64,000 bases of DNA from Syntrophales bacterium (GTDB lineage Bacteria; Desulfobacterota; Syntrophia; Syntrophales; UBA2210), in contig CAXXNF010000001.1 of NCBI GenBank assembly GCA_963666365.2, forward strand, positions 1,024,001 through 1,088,000, written 5' to 3'. The translations under genes were made by a program, and so were the position numbers. This document shows, in pieces, positions 31,532-40,773 of the stretch. The notes beneath the pieces were generated by a model that saw only the letters and a program-made list of their open reading frames with translations, made no database searches and was not told where the DNA came from. How positions within the stretch are numbered: position 1 is the first letter of the stretch; each line of letters begins with the position of its first letter.

Positions 31532-31633
31532 GGAACAAAATGTCGAATTATTTCTCCGCCTCATATTTTTTGAATTAAAAACAGGTAGATGCCTATTCGA
31601 CATCTTTTCGTCGATTCGACAAAATTGTCGAAT
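31532..31633. promoter_or_regulatory. Putative enhancer (bEBP) binding sites
   Basis: Perfect palindrome ATTCGACAA-aa-TTGTCGAAT (31614-31633) plus degenerate copies TTCGACATCTTTTCGTCGA (~31596) and GAACAAAATGTCGAAT (~31532), 80-185 bp upstream of the sigma54 promoter. Confidence 0.65.
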
Positions 31634-31741
31634 TGCCTCCGTGGAAAGGGAGCATCCCCTTTTTAATCGCTTGTGTTCGACTACGGATTAGTATATGTAG
31701 GGAAAATAAAACAATAAACCAAAGAATTTAAGGCAGATAGC

Positions 31742-32188
31742 ATGAAGATACTTCAAGGTGTACGCATATGCGCGTTCGTTGTGATTGTCACGGCAGGCGT
31801 CATCGCCTTTTCGGGCCCCGGTTTTTCAGACAACGCCCTGGAAGATAGTAAAAAAAATTGCACCCCCTTGAGCGAAATGCCCCTCACGGAGGCTCAAAAG
31901 CTTTCTATTGAGACCATCCAAGCGGATTTCAGAAAAGATATACTGCAGATACGCAGTAGTCTCCTGGCGAAGAGAATAGAACTCAACGATCAACTGCGGG
32001 ATCCCTCCATTGATGAAACCGCCATATGGGCCAAGGCGCAGGAGGTGGAAAAACTCAACACCAGCATGGAAGAAACGATTCTTCATTATCAGCTGCGCAT
32101 CAGGAGAGTGTTGACGGCCGCACAGATAGCGACGTGGTGTGCCGGCGCAGAAGCGCCGGCAACGAAAGGATGGAGGCCCCGAGAGTGA
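31742..32188 (+). CDS. Periplasmic Spy/CpxP/ZraP-family protein
   Basis: Signal peptide, two LTxxQ motifs (LTEAQ, LTAAQ), helical; first gene of a kinase-regulator operon. Confidence 0.8.
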   Translation: MKILQGVRICAFVVIVTAGVIAFSGPGFSDNALEDSKKNCTPLSEMPLTEAQKLSIETIQADFRKDILQIRSSLLAKRIELNDQLRDPSIDETAIWAKAQEVEKLNTSMEETILHYQLRIRRVLTAAQIATWCAGAEAPATKGWRPRE

Positions 32189-33966
32189 CACAGGAACGAA
32201 GTGCCTTGTCTCAGTATATCATGCCGATTACTCTCTTTCTGGTGGTTGCCGTCTTTATTGCACTCATTCTGATCATGGGATACATGGATCTGAGAAGGCT
32301 TGACCGAACCCTTGTGGAGTTCGTGCAAAACAGGGGACTCGATATTGTCAAGACGATCGAAAACGTCGCACAGGAAGATCTCGATTTCCTCAGGCTCACC
32401 CTCAAGCAAGACAGCGGTGAACTGGCAGTATCGTCCATACCCCTTTCGCATAAAGAATTTTCCATCCAGGAATCTCTCATAAATGCCCTCATTGACGTGG
32501 CCCGGGACATTGATGTCAAGTGGCGGCAGCAGGGGTTGAGCGAGGACATGCTCAAGGAAATAGCAGCGCTGGAAAAACTCGCCATTATCGCCATCCTAAA
32601 CAAGGAAGGAGAAATCGTCCTTCAGAGCAGAAAATTTGACCGGCACGTCGCCGATCATGCGGACTCGATAAAATCGGCACAGGAAAAAATTGTCATCGAT
32701 ATGTTCAACCGTCTGGGGAATTTGGGCGAGATGGGCTACATTGCACTTCGCAGAAAAGACGGAAGTGGCACCATCGTGATCGGACTCGACGCAGAAAAGC
32801 TGAAATACTGGGGCACGAAGATCGCCGTCAACAAAGTGATAGAAGAAATCGGATGGGAAAAGGAACTCGTATACCTGACCGTGTCTGATCATGACGGAAA
32901 GGTTCTGGGGGCGGCAGGAACATTCCCTGAGGAACCGCCTGAAAGATCACAGCTTCTGACGGATGACATCCTGGCGGGGCGTCTTGACATACTGAGCCGA
33001 AAGATAGGCGCTGCAGATAAGGAGCTTATTGAAATTCTCGCACCGCTGCATCTCGATCGCACCATAATGGGATACGCACGCCTGGGTCTCAAGTGGGATC
33101 GCGCACGGACCATACTGTCGGAAAACAGAAACCGTATGATCATCAGCACCATCTTTATCATGATGATCGGCATTATGTCGACTTTGGCACTCTACCAGAA
33201 TCAGAGCAGGCACCTGGCTCGAATGGACGAGATGGAAAAGCGTCTTCGGCGCGCCGAACGTCTGTCAGCGCTGGGACAGCTCGCTGCCGGAGTGGCGCAC
33301 GAGATCCGCAACCCTCTCAATGCCGTCAGCATGGCAAGCCAGCGGCTTCAAAGGGAGTATGCGCCAAAAGACGAGGAGGAAAGGAATGACTTTTATCGCA
33401 TAACCGGCATTATTCGTGAAGAAATCCGACGACTGAACAGCATAATAGAAGAATTTGTCACATTCTTCAGGATCAGGCGAATGGAATTGAGGAGTCATTC
33501 TCTTGAAGAGGTGCTTAAAAAAATTCTGGAGTTAATGAAAGAAGAACTGGCATCACGAAATATCACATTGAAAAGCTACTGGAAGGGAAACGATGCCTTG
33601 GTGCTGATGGATGCCGATAAATTGACACAAGCATTTTATAATATTATCAAAAATGCCGTTGAATCTATGCCCGCATCAGGGATTATCACCCTGTCGGTCG
33701 ATGCTGTAGGAAAGGACCGACTGGCCGTGAGAATTTCCGATACCGGTGCGGGTTTGTCCGCTGAAGAAATAGAACAGATATTTAATCCCGAATATACCAC
33801 GAAGGAAAAGGGGCTCGGCCTGGGCCTGACCCTTGCACACGAAATAATCAAGGGGCACAGAGGGGAGATTCACGTCTCCAGCAGAAAGGGGGTAGGCGCC
33901 ACTTTTGAGGTTCTGCTCCCTCGAGATCGAGAGACTCTGGGAACCAATCAGGACCTGCAACCATGA
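32185..33966 (+). CDS. Sensor histidine kinase (ZraS/NtrB-like)
   Basis: Two TM segments; AAGVAHEIRNPL H-box, NIIKNA N-box, DTGAG, GLGLGL; GTG overlaps the upstream stop. Confidence 0.93.
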   Translation: MTQERSALSQYIMPITLFLVVAVFIALILIMGYMDLRRLDRTLVEFVQNRGLDIVKTIENVAQEDLDFLRLTLKQDSGELAVSSIPLSHKEFSIQESLINALIDVARDIDVKWRQQGLSEDMLKEIAALEKLAIIAILNKEGEIVLQSRKFDRHVADHADSIKSAQEKIVIDMFNRLGNLGEMGYIALRRKDGSGTIVIGLDAEKLKYWGTKIAVNKVIEEIGWEKELVYLTVSDHDGKVLGAAGTFPEEPPERSQLLTDDILAGRLDILSRKIGAADKELIEILAPLHLDRTIMGYARLGLKWDRARTILSENRNRMIISTIFIMMIGIMSTLALYQNQSRHLARMDEMEKRLRRAERLSALGQLAAGVAHEIRNPLNAVSMASQRLQREYAPKDEEERNDFYRITGIIREEIRRLNSIIEEFVTFFRIRRMELRSHSLEEVLKKILELMKEELASRNITLKSYWKGNDALVLMDADKLTQAFYNIIKNAVESMPASGIITLSVDAVGKDRLAVRISDTGAGLSAEEIEQIFNPEYTTKEKGLGLGLTLAHEIIKGHRGEIHVSSRKGVGATFEVLLPRDRETLGTNQDLQP

Positions 33967-35327
33967 AGCCATTGAACACACTTATCGTTGAAGACGGTCA
34001 CTCACAAAGAGAAATGCTGGGAGATTTTCTCACCAAGGAGGGGCACCTCGTCACCGAAGCCGAAACGGGGGATCAGGCTGTGCGGGAGGTGCTGGAGGGC
34101 CATTTCGACCTTGTGCTGCTGGACTACAAGATGCCGGGCATGAATGGACTCAAAGTGCTTAAAAAGATAAAAGAAATAAATCCCGAAATTGACATTGTGA
34201 TGATGACGGCCTATGGAACGATTGAAACCGCCGTCGAGGCGATGAAGCAGGGCGCCGTCGACTATATCACAAAACCGATCGATCTCGATGAATTGCTTAT
34301 TCTCATCGATCGCATCTCAGAGCGGAGAATCCTGATCAGAGAGAACGAAATTCTGAGGAGAAAACTCTGGAAAAAGGGGATGAAGGACAGCCAGATTGTT
34401 CATCAGAACCCGAAAATGGAGGCACTCATCAATATGGCGGGCCGGGTGGCCTCCAGCCGCGCCACCGTCCTTATCGAAGGGGAAAGCGGAACCGGCAAGG
34501 AACTATTTGCCCGGCTTATTCACAACACAAGCCCCCGTTCCGAAAAGCCCATGATCGTGGTGAATTGCGGCGCCCTTCCCGAAACACTTCTCGAAAGCGA
34601 ACTCTTCGGTCACGAAAAAGGGGCCTTCACGGGCGCGACAACCCGTCGAGTCGGCCGTTTTGAAGAGGCCGATGGAGGAACGCTTTTCCTTGATGAAATC
34701 GGCGAACTCTCGGCGCCGGTCCAGGTGAAACTGCTTCGCTTTCTCCAGGAGCGGGAATTTCAGCGCCTGGGAGGCAACCAGACCCTGAAGGCCGATGTAA
34801 GAATCATCAGTGCCACAAACCGCAACCTGGAAGAGCTGATGAAAAAGGGAATTTTCAGGGACGATCTTTATTACCGTTTGAATGTCGTGGTCATGCAGAT
34901 TCCTCCGCTTCGCGAGAGAAAGGAAGATATCCCTCTGCTGGTGCAGCACTTCATCGATATCTTTTCCCGTGAAAACGATAAAGAGATCAATGGTGTCAGC
35001 AGCGAGGCCCTGGACGTGCTTCTGAAATACGACTACCCCGGCAATGTGCGGGAACTTGAGAATATCATGGAACGGGCTGCCGTCATCACCCGGGACACGA
35101 TAATTTCCCTTCGTGATCTCCCCTTCAGGGATACCCCGGGCCAACAGACGGGGGAACCGAAACGGCACGGCAGCCTCATAAAGGACTCCGTTGAAACGCT
35201 GGAGTGTCAACTCATCGAACAGGCGCTGGCCGAAGCAGACCACAATCAGACCCGGGCAGCCGAACAGCTGGGAATTACGGAACGAACCCTGAGATATAAA
35301 ATGAAAAAATACGGCCTGAAACAGTAA
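33963..35327 (+). CDS. sigma54-dependent response regulator (ZraR/AtoC/NtrC family)
   Basis: Receiver domain DYKMP, GESGTGKE, ESELFGHEKGAFTGA, PGNVRELEN, Fis-type HTH. Confidence 0.96.
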   Translation: MKPLNTLIVEDGHSQREMLGDFLTKEGHLVTEAETGDQAVREVLEGHFDLVLLDYKMPGMNGLKVLKKIKEINPEIDIVMMTAYGTIETAVEAMKQGAVDYITKPIDLDELLILIDRISERRILIRENEILRRKLWKKGMKDSQIVHQNPKMEALINMAGRVASSRATVLIEGESGTGKELFARLIHNTSPRSEKPMIVVNCGALPETLLESELFGHEKGAFTGATTRRVGRFEEADGGTLFLDEIGELSAPVQVKLLRFLQEREFQRLGGNQTLKADVRIISATNRNLEELMKKGIFRDDLYYRLNVVVMQIPPLRERKEDIPLLVQHFIDIFSRENDKEINGVSSEALDVLLKYDYPGNVRELENIMERAAVITRDTIISLRDLPFRDTPGQQTGEPKRHGSLIKDSVETLECQLIEQALAEADHNQTRAAEQLGITERTLRYKMKKYGLKQ

Positions 35328-35336
35328 GCCGGTCTG

Positions 35337-36470
35337 TTACGACTCATCCCCCACAGGCACGAGGTCGACCACCACTATCTCCGGCGGCGCCAGCACCCGC
35401 ATGGGAGGTCCCCAGGTGCCCGATCCCCTGCACACATAGAGCAGACGTCCTTTCCCCAGATCGTACCGTCCGGCCAGGTACGGATACACAAGACCTGTTA
35501 TCCAATTGAACGGCACAATCTGACCTTTATGGGTGTGGCCGGAAAGCTGGAGATCGAAACCGTCGCCGCCGCTGTCGATGACCCGAGGCTGATGTTTCAG
35601 CAGAATGCGATACCCTTCCGATTTCATTAATAGATCATGCTCAGGCGGCGCCCGGTTGCCTCCGAATCTTCTGCCTGCAGGATCGTCAACTCCTGCGATG
35701 GTAATCGATTCCGCCACCTTCACCGACTGACCCCGCAGGAGGCGAAACCCGGCCTTTTCAGTAAAGGCTGTCGCCTGATCAATGCCGGCATAAAATTCAT
35801 GATTGCCTGTCACGGCAAATTTCCCATAGCGGGGTTTAATCTCCCTGAAGAGATCGGAAAGCTCTTCAAGAGAATCCATCTCACCGTCCACAAGATCCCC
35901 TGTCGACACGAGAATATCGGGCGAGGCGGCCTTCACCTTCTCAAGAATCATGGACAGGCGTTCCCGGCGCACCATGACCCCCAGATGCACGTCCGAAATC
36001 TGCACAATGCGCAGAAGACCCACGTGCCGGGGGATACGGGGCGTCTCGATTGTGAGAACGGAGGTCTGAATGTCCCACGCCTCGTAAACCCCGTATAGAC
36101 AGATAATGAGGCCCAGCACAAGCGCAAGGGCCGTCAGTGGACGAGGGGAAATATACAATCCTTGCAATCCTGCCGCTTTTGCAGTTAATAGTGCCAGTGA
36201 CAGCAGATCGCCCAGCAGACACAGCAGGAAGGTCACGAAGACAAACCCCATCCAGGTATAGCCCACATGGGCCGAGAGACGCGCTCCCCACGCCCATCCT
36301 TCCCGCTCAAAGAATCGGACCAGGATTGGAGAAAGGACCATCACCGCCATGCACAGAGAGACCATCAGGGTCGCCGTAAGGCCAAATCGAAAGAGGTTTT
36401 TCAGTCGCAGGAAAAGATAGAGGTGGACGCCTCCATAGATCACGAATATCATCAGCAGAAAGGACTTCAT
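35337..36470 (-). CDS. Membrane-anchored metallophosphoesterase (YkuE-like)
   Basis: N-terminal TM helices; SDVHLG, TGDLVD, GNHE, HQP, SGHTHKGQ. Confidence 0.9.
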   Translation of the reverse strand: MKSFLLMIFVIYGGVHLYLFLRLKNLFRFGLTATLMVSLCMAVMVLSPILVRFFEREGWAWGARLSAHVGYTWMGFVFVTFLLCLLGDLLSLALLTAKAAGLQGLYISPRPLTALALVLGLIICLYGVYEAWDIQTSVLTIETPRIPRHVGLLRIVQISDVHLGVMVRRERLSMILEKVKAASPDILVSTGDLVDGEMDSLEELSDLFREIKPRYGKFAVTGNHEFYAGIDQATAFTEKAGFRLLRGQSVKVAESITIAGVDDPAGRRFGGNRAPPEHDLLMKSEGYRILLKHQPRVIDSGGDGFDLQLSGHTHKGQIVPFNWITGLVYPYLAGRYDLGKGRLLYVCRGSGTWGPPMRVLAPPEIVVVDLVPVGDES

Positions 36471-37717
36471 GTGGGCAGACTCTCATCGGGAACAGCGAGA
36501 TGATCGAAAAATACCATCGACGCGTAGGTAACGGCACTGGCCGTCGCCGCCTCGCGGTAGGCATGATGTGCCAGCTGTATCCCCCGGTAGTTCTTCATAA
36601 GTTGCGCAAAAAGAATGATCGACGGAAGACCGCATACATTAAACTGGTCTCTGGTCCTTTTGGCATGCAAAAAAACGCCCTCAGCCCTTCCCTGCTCCAG
36701 AAGCGACAATATCTCGCGATCGCTTTCCAGCGCCTCCTGGAGGAGGACGTCCGCGGGATTCTGATGTCCGAACTTCAACCCCACATGGGAAAAATCAACG
36801 GCGGCAACAACCAGAGTACGTGCATCGTCCCTCGAAATCATGTCCGAAAGCAGGGCGACGGTATTCTGAAATCCCTGATCTTCAAACAGACTCATCCCTC
36901 CCAGGAGAAACTCGTGAATCCCTCCGCAGAGCACCGGCACTATTTTAAAGGGCTTTGCGAGGTAATAATGAAGAAACACCGTCTGAAATTCGATGGAATG
37001 TTCCACCTTGTGTCCGAAATCATCGGCGTCGATCGTTTCCGGAGAAAGACGTTGTCTCAGTTCCTCCACGAAAGGTCTGTCCGTCTCGAGCGTCCCGAAG
37101 GGGGTGATAAATCCTTTTTCGCAGAGACAGTAGAGCCCTCTCTGAATCTGGTGGTTAATTCCCAGAATAACAACCCTGTCATAGTGCCTTCCCCTGAGAT
37201 GACGATAGAGATCGACATAGGTCGATTTCGCCACGCCAATGTCAATGTGGGGGGCAAGGATTCCCGCAATGGACGATTTTGAAAGGTCGATGGCGGGAGG
37301 AGGGAGCGCCGCTTCAACGGCGGCAATAAAAGACGCGAGTGCTGACGGATCAGCATCGTAGGCCTTCCCCGCATGCACGGGACATCGATCGGTCGCGGCG
37401 CCGAAATCCTTGTGCAGGCGATCCTTTCGAGCGCGAAATCGCTCACTTTCCAGCAGATAATTTTTGTCGAGACTCTCAATAAACGATGTCAACCGGTCAA
37501 GAGTGACAGACACCTCCGTGAATCGGTCCGACAGGGACCGTTGTATATCCCTCACACTATGTCGTCCGTCAAGAAGTTCAAGAATCGCGTAAAGCCCCAT
37601 ATCGAGTGCGAGGTCGCCGTCAACGAGTCTGAGCGGATCCAGGAAGGCAATCAATCGCCGCCCCTGCACCCGGGCGGGAATAAGTTGGAGGTCTCTTCTC
37701 AAGAGGGGATGTTCCAT
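36467..37717 (-). CDS. MEMO1 family protein (AmmeMemoRadiSam protein B-like) with N-terminal extension
   Basis: HAG..Y, APHID, GINH, TPFG, EHSIEFQ, DFSHVG, NVCG. Confidence 0.85.
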   Translation of the reverse strand: MEHPLLRRDLQLIPARVQGRRLIAFLDPLRLVDGDLALDMGLYAILELLDGRHSVRDIQRSLSDRFTEVSVTLDRLTSFIESLDKNYLLESERFRARKDRLHKDFGAATDRCPVHAGKAYDADPSALASFIAAVEAALPPPAIDLSKSSIAGILAPHIDIGVAKSTYVDLYRHLRGRHYDRVVILGINHQIQRGLYCLCEKGFITPFGTLETDRPFVEELRQRLSPETIDADDFGHKVEHSIEFQTVFLHYYLAKPFKIVPVLCGGIHEFLLGGMSLFEDQGFQNTVALLSDMISRDDARTLVVAAVDFSHVGLKFGHQNPADVLLQEALESDREILSLLEQGRAEGVFLHAKRTRDQFNVCGLPSIILFAQLMKNYRGIQLAHHAYREAATASAVTYASMVFFDHLAVPDESLPT

Positions 37718-37797
37718 GCCGGTCCTTTCTTTTATCGTTACGCCCCTATGATAGTCGATGATCCGCCGGGGATCAAAGGATATCTCTCCCCCGAATC

Positions 37798-39231
37798 CTA
37801 CAGGTAGGGCGACAGCAGCCAGGCAAGGGCATCGCGCACCTTTTCGGGAAAGGGCCGTCCATCGATCTCCTGAAGTGAAAGAGGGCGAGACCGGTCTCTC
37901 ACCTCTTCGGCATAGACGGCAAGACACGATGCCAGCGACCGATCATAGACTTCCACGGCCAGTTCAAAATTGAGCCGAAGGCTTCGCGGATCGATGTTCG
38001 CCGACCCGATATGCACATAATGGTTATCGACGATAAAAAGCTTGGTGTGTACAAAGGGCGCCGGCTGATAGTAAATCCGGACGCCCCGTTCCAGCAGCTC
38101 CCAGAGCATATTGCGGGTCGCCCAGTGCACCAGGGCCAGATTATTTTTTTCAGGCAATATGATCGTCACTTCCACTCCCCTCAGGGCAGTCGCCTGCAGT
38201 GACGCCAAGAGCCCCCGGGGAGGAATAAAATAAGGGGTCATAATGATCACCGATGATCGAGCCGAGGACACGGCGCCCACCAAGATCATGGAAAGCTTGT
38301 CGAGATCCTCGTTGGGACCTTCCGTAATAACCCTGCATATGGCCGACCCCTGCCCCTGGCGTCTCTGAGTCGCTTTTTTTTCGTAACGGCCCGTAAGAAA
38401 ACGCCAGTCTTCAAAAAACACGGATTCAACCTGTTCCACAATGGGACCGGCAAGGCGAAAGTGGATGTCCACCACCCGGTTGGGGTTTTCAATCCTTTCC
38501 GCAAGATGGCGATCGCCGATGTTCATGCCTCCTGTAAAACCTTCCACTCCGTCCACTACAAGGATTTTTCTATGATTCCTGAGGTTTATATGCAGGCTGG
38601 GAGGAAACAGTCTCGGCGGAAGGAACCGCGCCACCGACACCCCCCTTCTTTTAAGGAGAGTCCCCGCACGCGGCCAGGAATAGAGCTCTCCAAACCCGTC
38701 TATGATTACCCTCACATCGATCCCCCGGGTAACGGCCCGTCCCAGTGCATCAATGAAGCGCCGCCCCGTCTCATTGGTTTCGAAGATATAGGTGGTGAGA
38801 ACGATCGATATCTGCGCACTCTCGATCGCTGCAAGCATTGCGGTATAGGTCTGTTCCCCATTGTGAAGAATATCGATCCGGTTTTCTCCGACCAGAGGTT
38901 TTTTCGTGATCACATCGGAGATATGCAGAAGATCGGCATAGGCATCTGCCGATTGGGCGGGTACGGCATAGACTTCGGCAGTATGAGGGCTCTGTTCCGC
39001 AACTGAGGCATCGGGAGCGTGCCCCCGAAGTTTTATCGCCCGGGTGCGCACCCGATTGATGCCGAAGAGAAAATAGATGAACGGCCCCCCAAAGGGAATG
39101 ATGAGGCACAGGGCCATCCATCCAAGGGATGCTTTGGGATCGCGCTTGCTGAGGAGCGCATGCCCTGCACTCACAATGGCAAGGACAAAGGCCGCCACGG
39201 TAACGGTGTAATCAATAATGTCCGACATCAC
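37798..39231 (-). CDS. cls: Cardiolipin synthase
   Basis: Two HKD motifs (RNHRKILVVD, HTKLFIVD), GSANIDPRS.RLNFE, N-terminal PLDc_N TM region. Confidence 0.92.
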   Translation of the reverse strand: MMSDIIDYTVTVAAFVLAIVSAGHALLSKRDPKASLGWMALCLIIPFGGPFIYFLFGINRVRTRAIKLRGHAPDASVAEQSPHTAEVYAVPAQSADAYADLLHISDVITKKPLVGENRIDILHNGEQTYTAMLAAIESAQISIVLTTYIFETNETGRRFIDALGRAVTRGIDVRVIIDGFGELYSWPRAGTLLKRRGVSVARFLPPRLFPPSLHINLRNHRKILVVDGVEGFTGGMNIGDRHLAERIENPNRVVDIHFRLAGPIVEQVESVFFEDWRFLTGRYEKKATQRRQGQGSAICRVITEGPNEDLDKLSMILVGAVSSARSSVIIMTPYFIPPRGLLASLQATALRGVEVTIILPEKNNLALVHWATRNMLWELLERGVRIYYQPAPFVHTKLFIVDNHYVHIGSANIDPRSLRLNFELAVEVYDRSLASCLAVYAEEVRDRSRPLSLQEIDGRPFPEKVRDALAWLLSPYL

Positions 39232-39490
39232 TTCCCCTGTCGTTTCAATTCAGTTCGATGATTTCAGTGTTGAGACAATCGTGCAGGCCTATTCACATCC
39301 TAAGATGTCGCCTTGCTTTTTCTCGTCACTGCCTGTTTCCTTAATACGTAATGTATACAAAGATTTAAGTCAAGTTTCTCTTGAAAGGTGACCAAAATCA
39401 CACCGCGAACGGCCGCGATTGTCCCCTTACGGCTTGACTTTTAAGGAAAAGTTCATATGTTATCATCTAAAGAACGAAGGGAGCAGTCAT

Positions 39491-39712
39491 ATGAAAGAAA
39501 AAGTCCAAAAAGCGCTTGATGAAATACGGCCCGCTCTTCAGGCCGACGGCGGTGATGTGGAATTAGTCAATGTCAGCGACGACGGCATAGTAACGGTCAA
39601 GCTTGTCGGCGCCTGCGGCGGCTGTCCCATGGCCCAAATGACTCTGAAGGGCGGCATCGAAACACGTCTGAAACAGGTCATTCCCGAAGTAAAAGAAGTC
39701 GTTCCGGCTTAA
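39491..39712 (+). CDS. NifU/Nfu C-terminal domain Fe-S carrier
   Basis: IRPALQADGGDVEL...GACGGCP; SD AAGGGAG. Confidence 0.92.
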   Translation: MKEKVQKALDEIRPALQADGGDVELVNVSDDGIVTVKLVGACGGCPMAQMTLKGGIETRLKQVIPEVKEVVPA

Positions 39713-39742
39713 TTGTTTTTCTGGAAGAGTGTTACCGCGCAC

Positions 39743-39771
39743 GAACCCGCCCTCTGGGCGGGTTCACTCTT
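39743..39771. terminator. Hairpin terminator between convergent genes
   Basis: GAACCCGCC-ctctg-GGCGGGTTC. Confidence 0.6.
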
Positions 39772-39794
39772 TCAGAGACAAAGGAATGTACCGG

Positions 39795-40718
39795 TCACCA
39801 CTCCGAATCCACAGTGGTAGACCACTTTTCGAAACGTCGGTCCTCTCCATTGAGAATCTTTTCCATTATTCCGCTTAACGCCCTTGTTACCGGTCCCGGA
39901 ACGTCCCTCATCACACGATCTTCGATCTTCTTTACGGGAATCAACTTGTTGGGAGTACCCGACAGAAATATCTCATCGGCCTCAAAAAGGAGTGTGGGGG
40001 GAAGGTGCGCTTCTCCGGTTTCGATCCCCTCCGTCCTGGCCACTTCGAGAAGAGAGCGCCGGGTAATGCCGTCGAGGACACGTCCCAGCGCCGGCGTCAG
40101 CAAAGTGCCTCCTTGGACGATAAAAATCGATTCCGTGGCCCCTTCGGCGATATAACCCTCGGTGTCGCACATGAGCGCAAAATCGAACCCCCTTCTACGG
40201 GCATCGCTGCGCGCCACCATGCCGTTCAGATAGTTGGCGGCGGCCTTCGCCTCTATGGGAACCGTGTGGGGATCAAGTTTTCGCCAGCGGGAAATCCCCA
40301 CCGTGGCCCCGTGATCAAAGGACCCGGAAGACCCGTCTCCATAAGAGCGTGAATCAATGACACACACTGCCACGTCAAGAGTGCGCTGAGGCGGATTCAC
40401 ATCAAAAGCGATCTGAGGATAGTAGCAGATAATTTTTATCATCCCATCCCTCGCTCTGCTTTTCCGCAGAGTTTTCAAAACGGCGCGACCGCACTCCTCC
40501 CGTGACAGGGGAATCTCCATATCAAGGAGTTCCGCCGTTCGAAAAAGGCGGTCCAGGTGATCCTGAAGGCGGAAAATCGCCCGTCCCTCCGATATCTCCT
40601 GAAATCCAAGCACCTCAAAGATTGCGGAACCCCGCCCCACACAGTGCGACAAGAGGTGAACGGTGGCCTCCTGCCAGGGAACGAACGTTCCGTTTATGTA
40701 TACAATCGCTTCATTCAT
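39795..40718 (-). CDS. Aminotransferase class IV (branched-chain aminotransferase-like)
   Basis: IFRLQDHLDRL, KAAANY (PLP lysine), EGATES, LDGITR, ADEIFLSGT. Confidence 0.88.
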   Translation of the reverse strand: MNEAIVYINGTFVPWQEATVHLLSHCVGRGSAIFEVLGFQEISEGRAIFRLQDHLDRLFRTAELLDMEIPLSREECGRAVLKTLRKSRARDGMIKIICYYPQIAFDVNPPQRTLDVAVCVIDSRSYGDGSSGSFDHGATVGISRWRKLDPHTVPIEAKAAANYLNGMVARSDARRRGFDFALMCDTEGYIAEGATESIFIVQGGTLLTPALGRVLDGITRRSLLEVARTEGIETGEAHLPPTLLFEADEIFLSGTPNKLIPVKKIEDRVMRDVPGPVTRALSGIMEKILNGEDRRFEKWSTTVDSEW

Positions 40719-40773
40719 CAAAGACTGTCCTTTCAAGATTGCATATACCCTGCAATGCCATGGCCTTCATGAT

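Noticed and set aside
31461..31691. 76-aa plus-strand ORF upstream of the ZraP-like gene
   Set aside because: TTG start, overlaps the enhancer palindromes, AT-rich non-coding character
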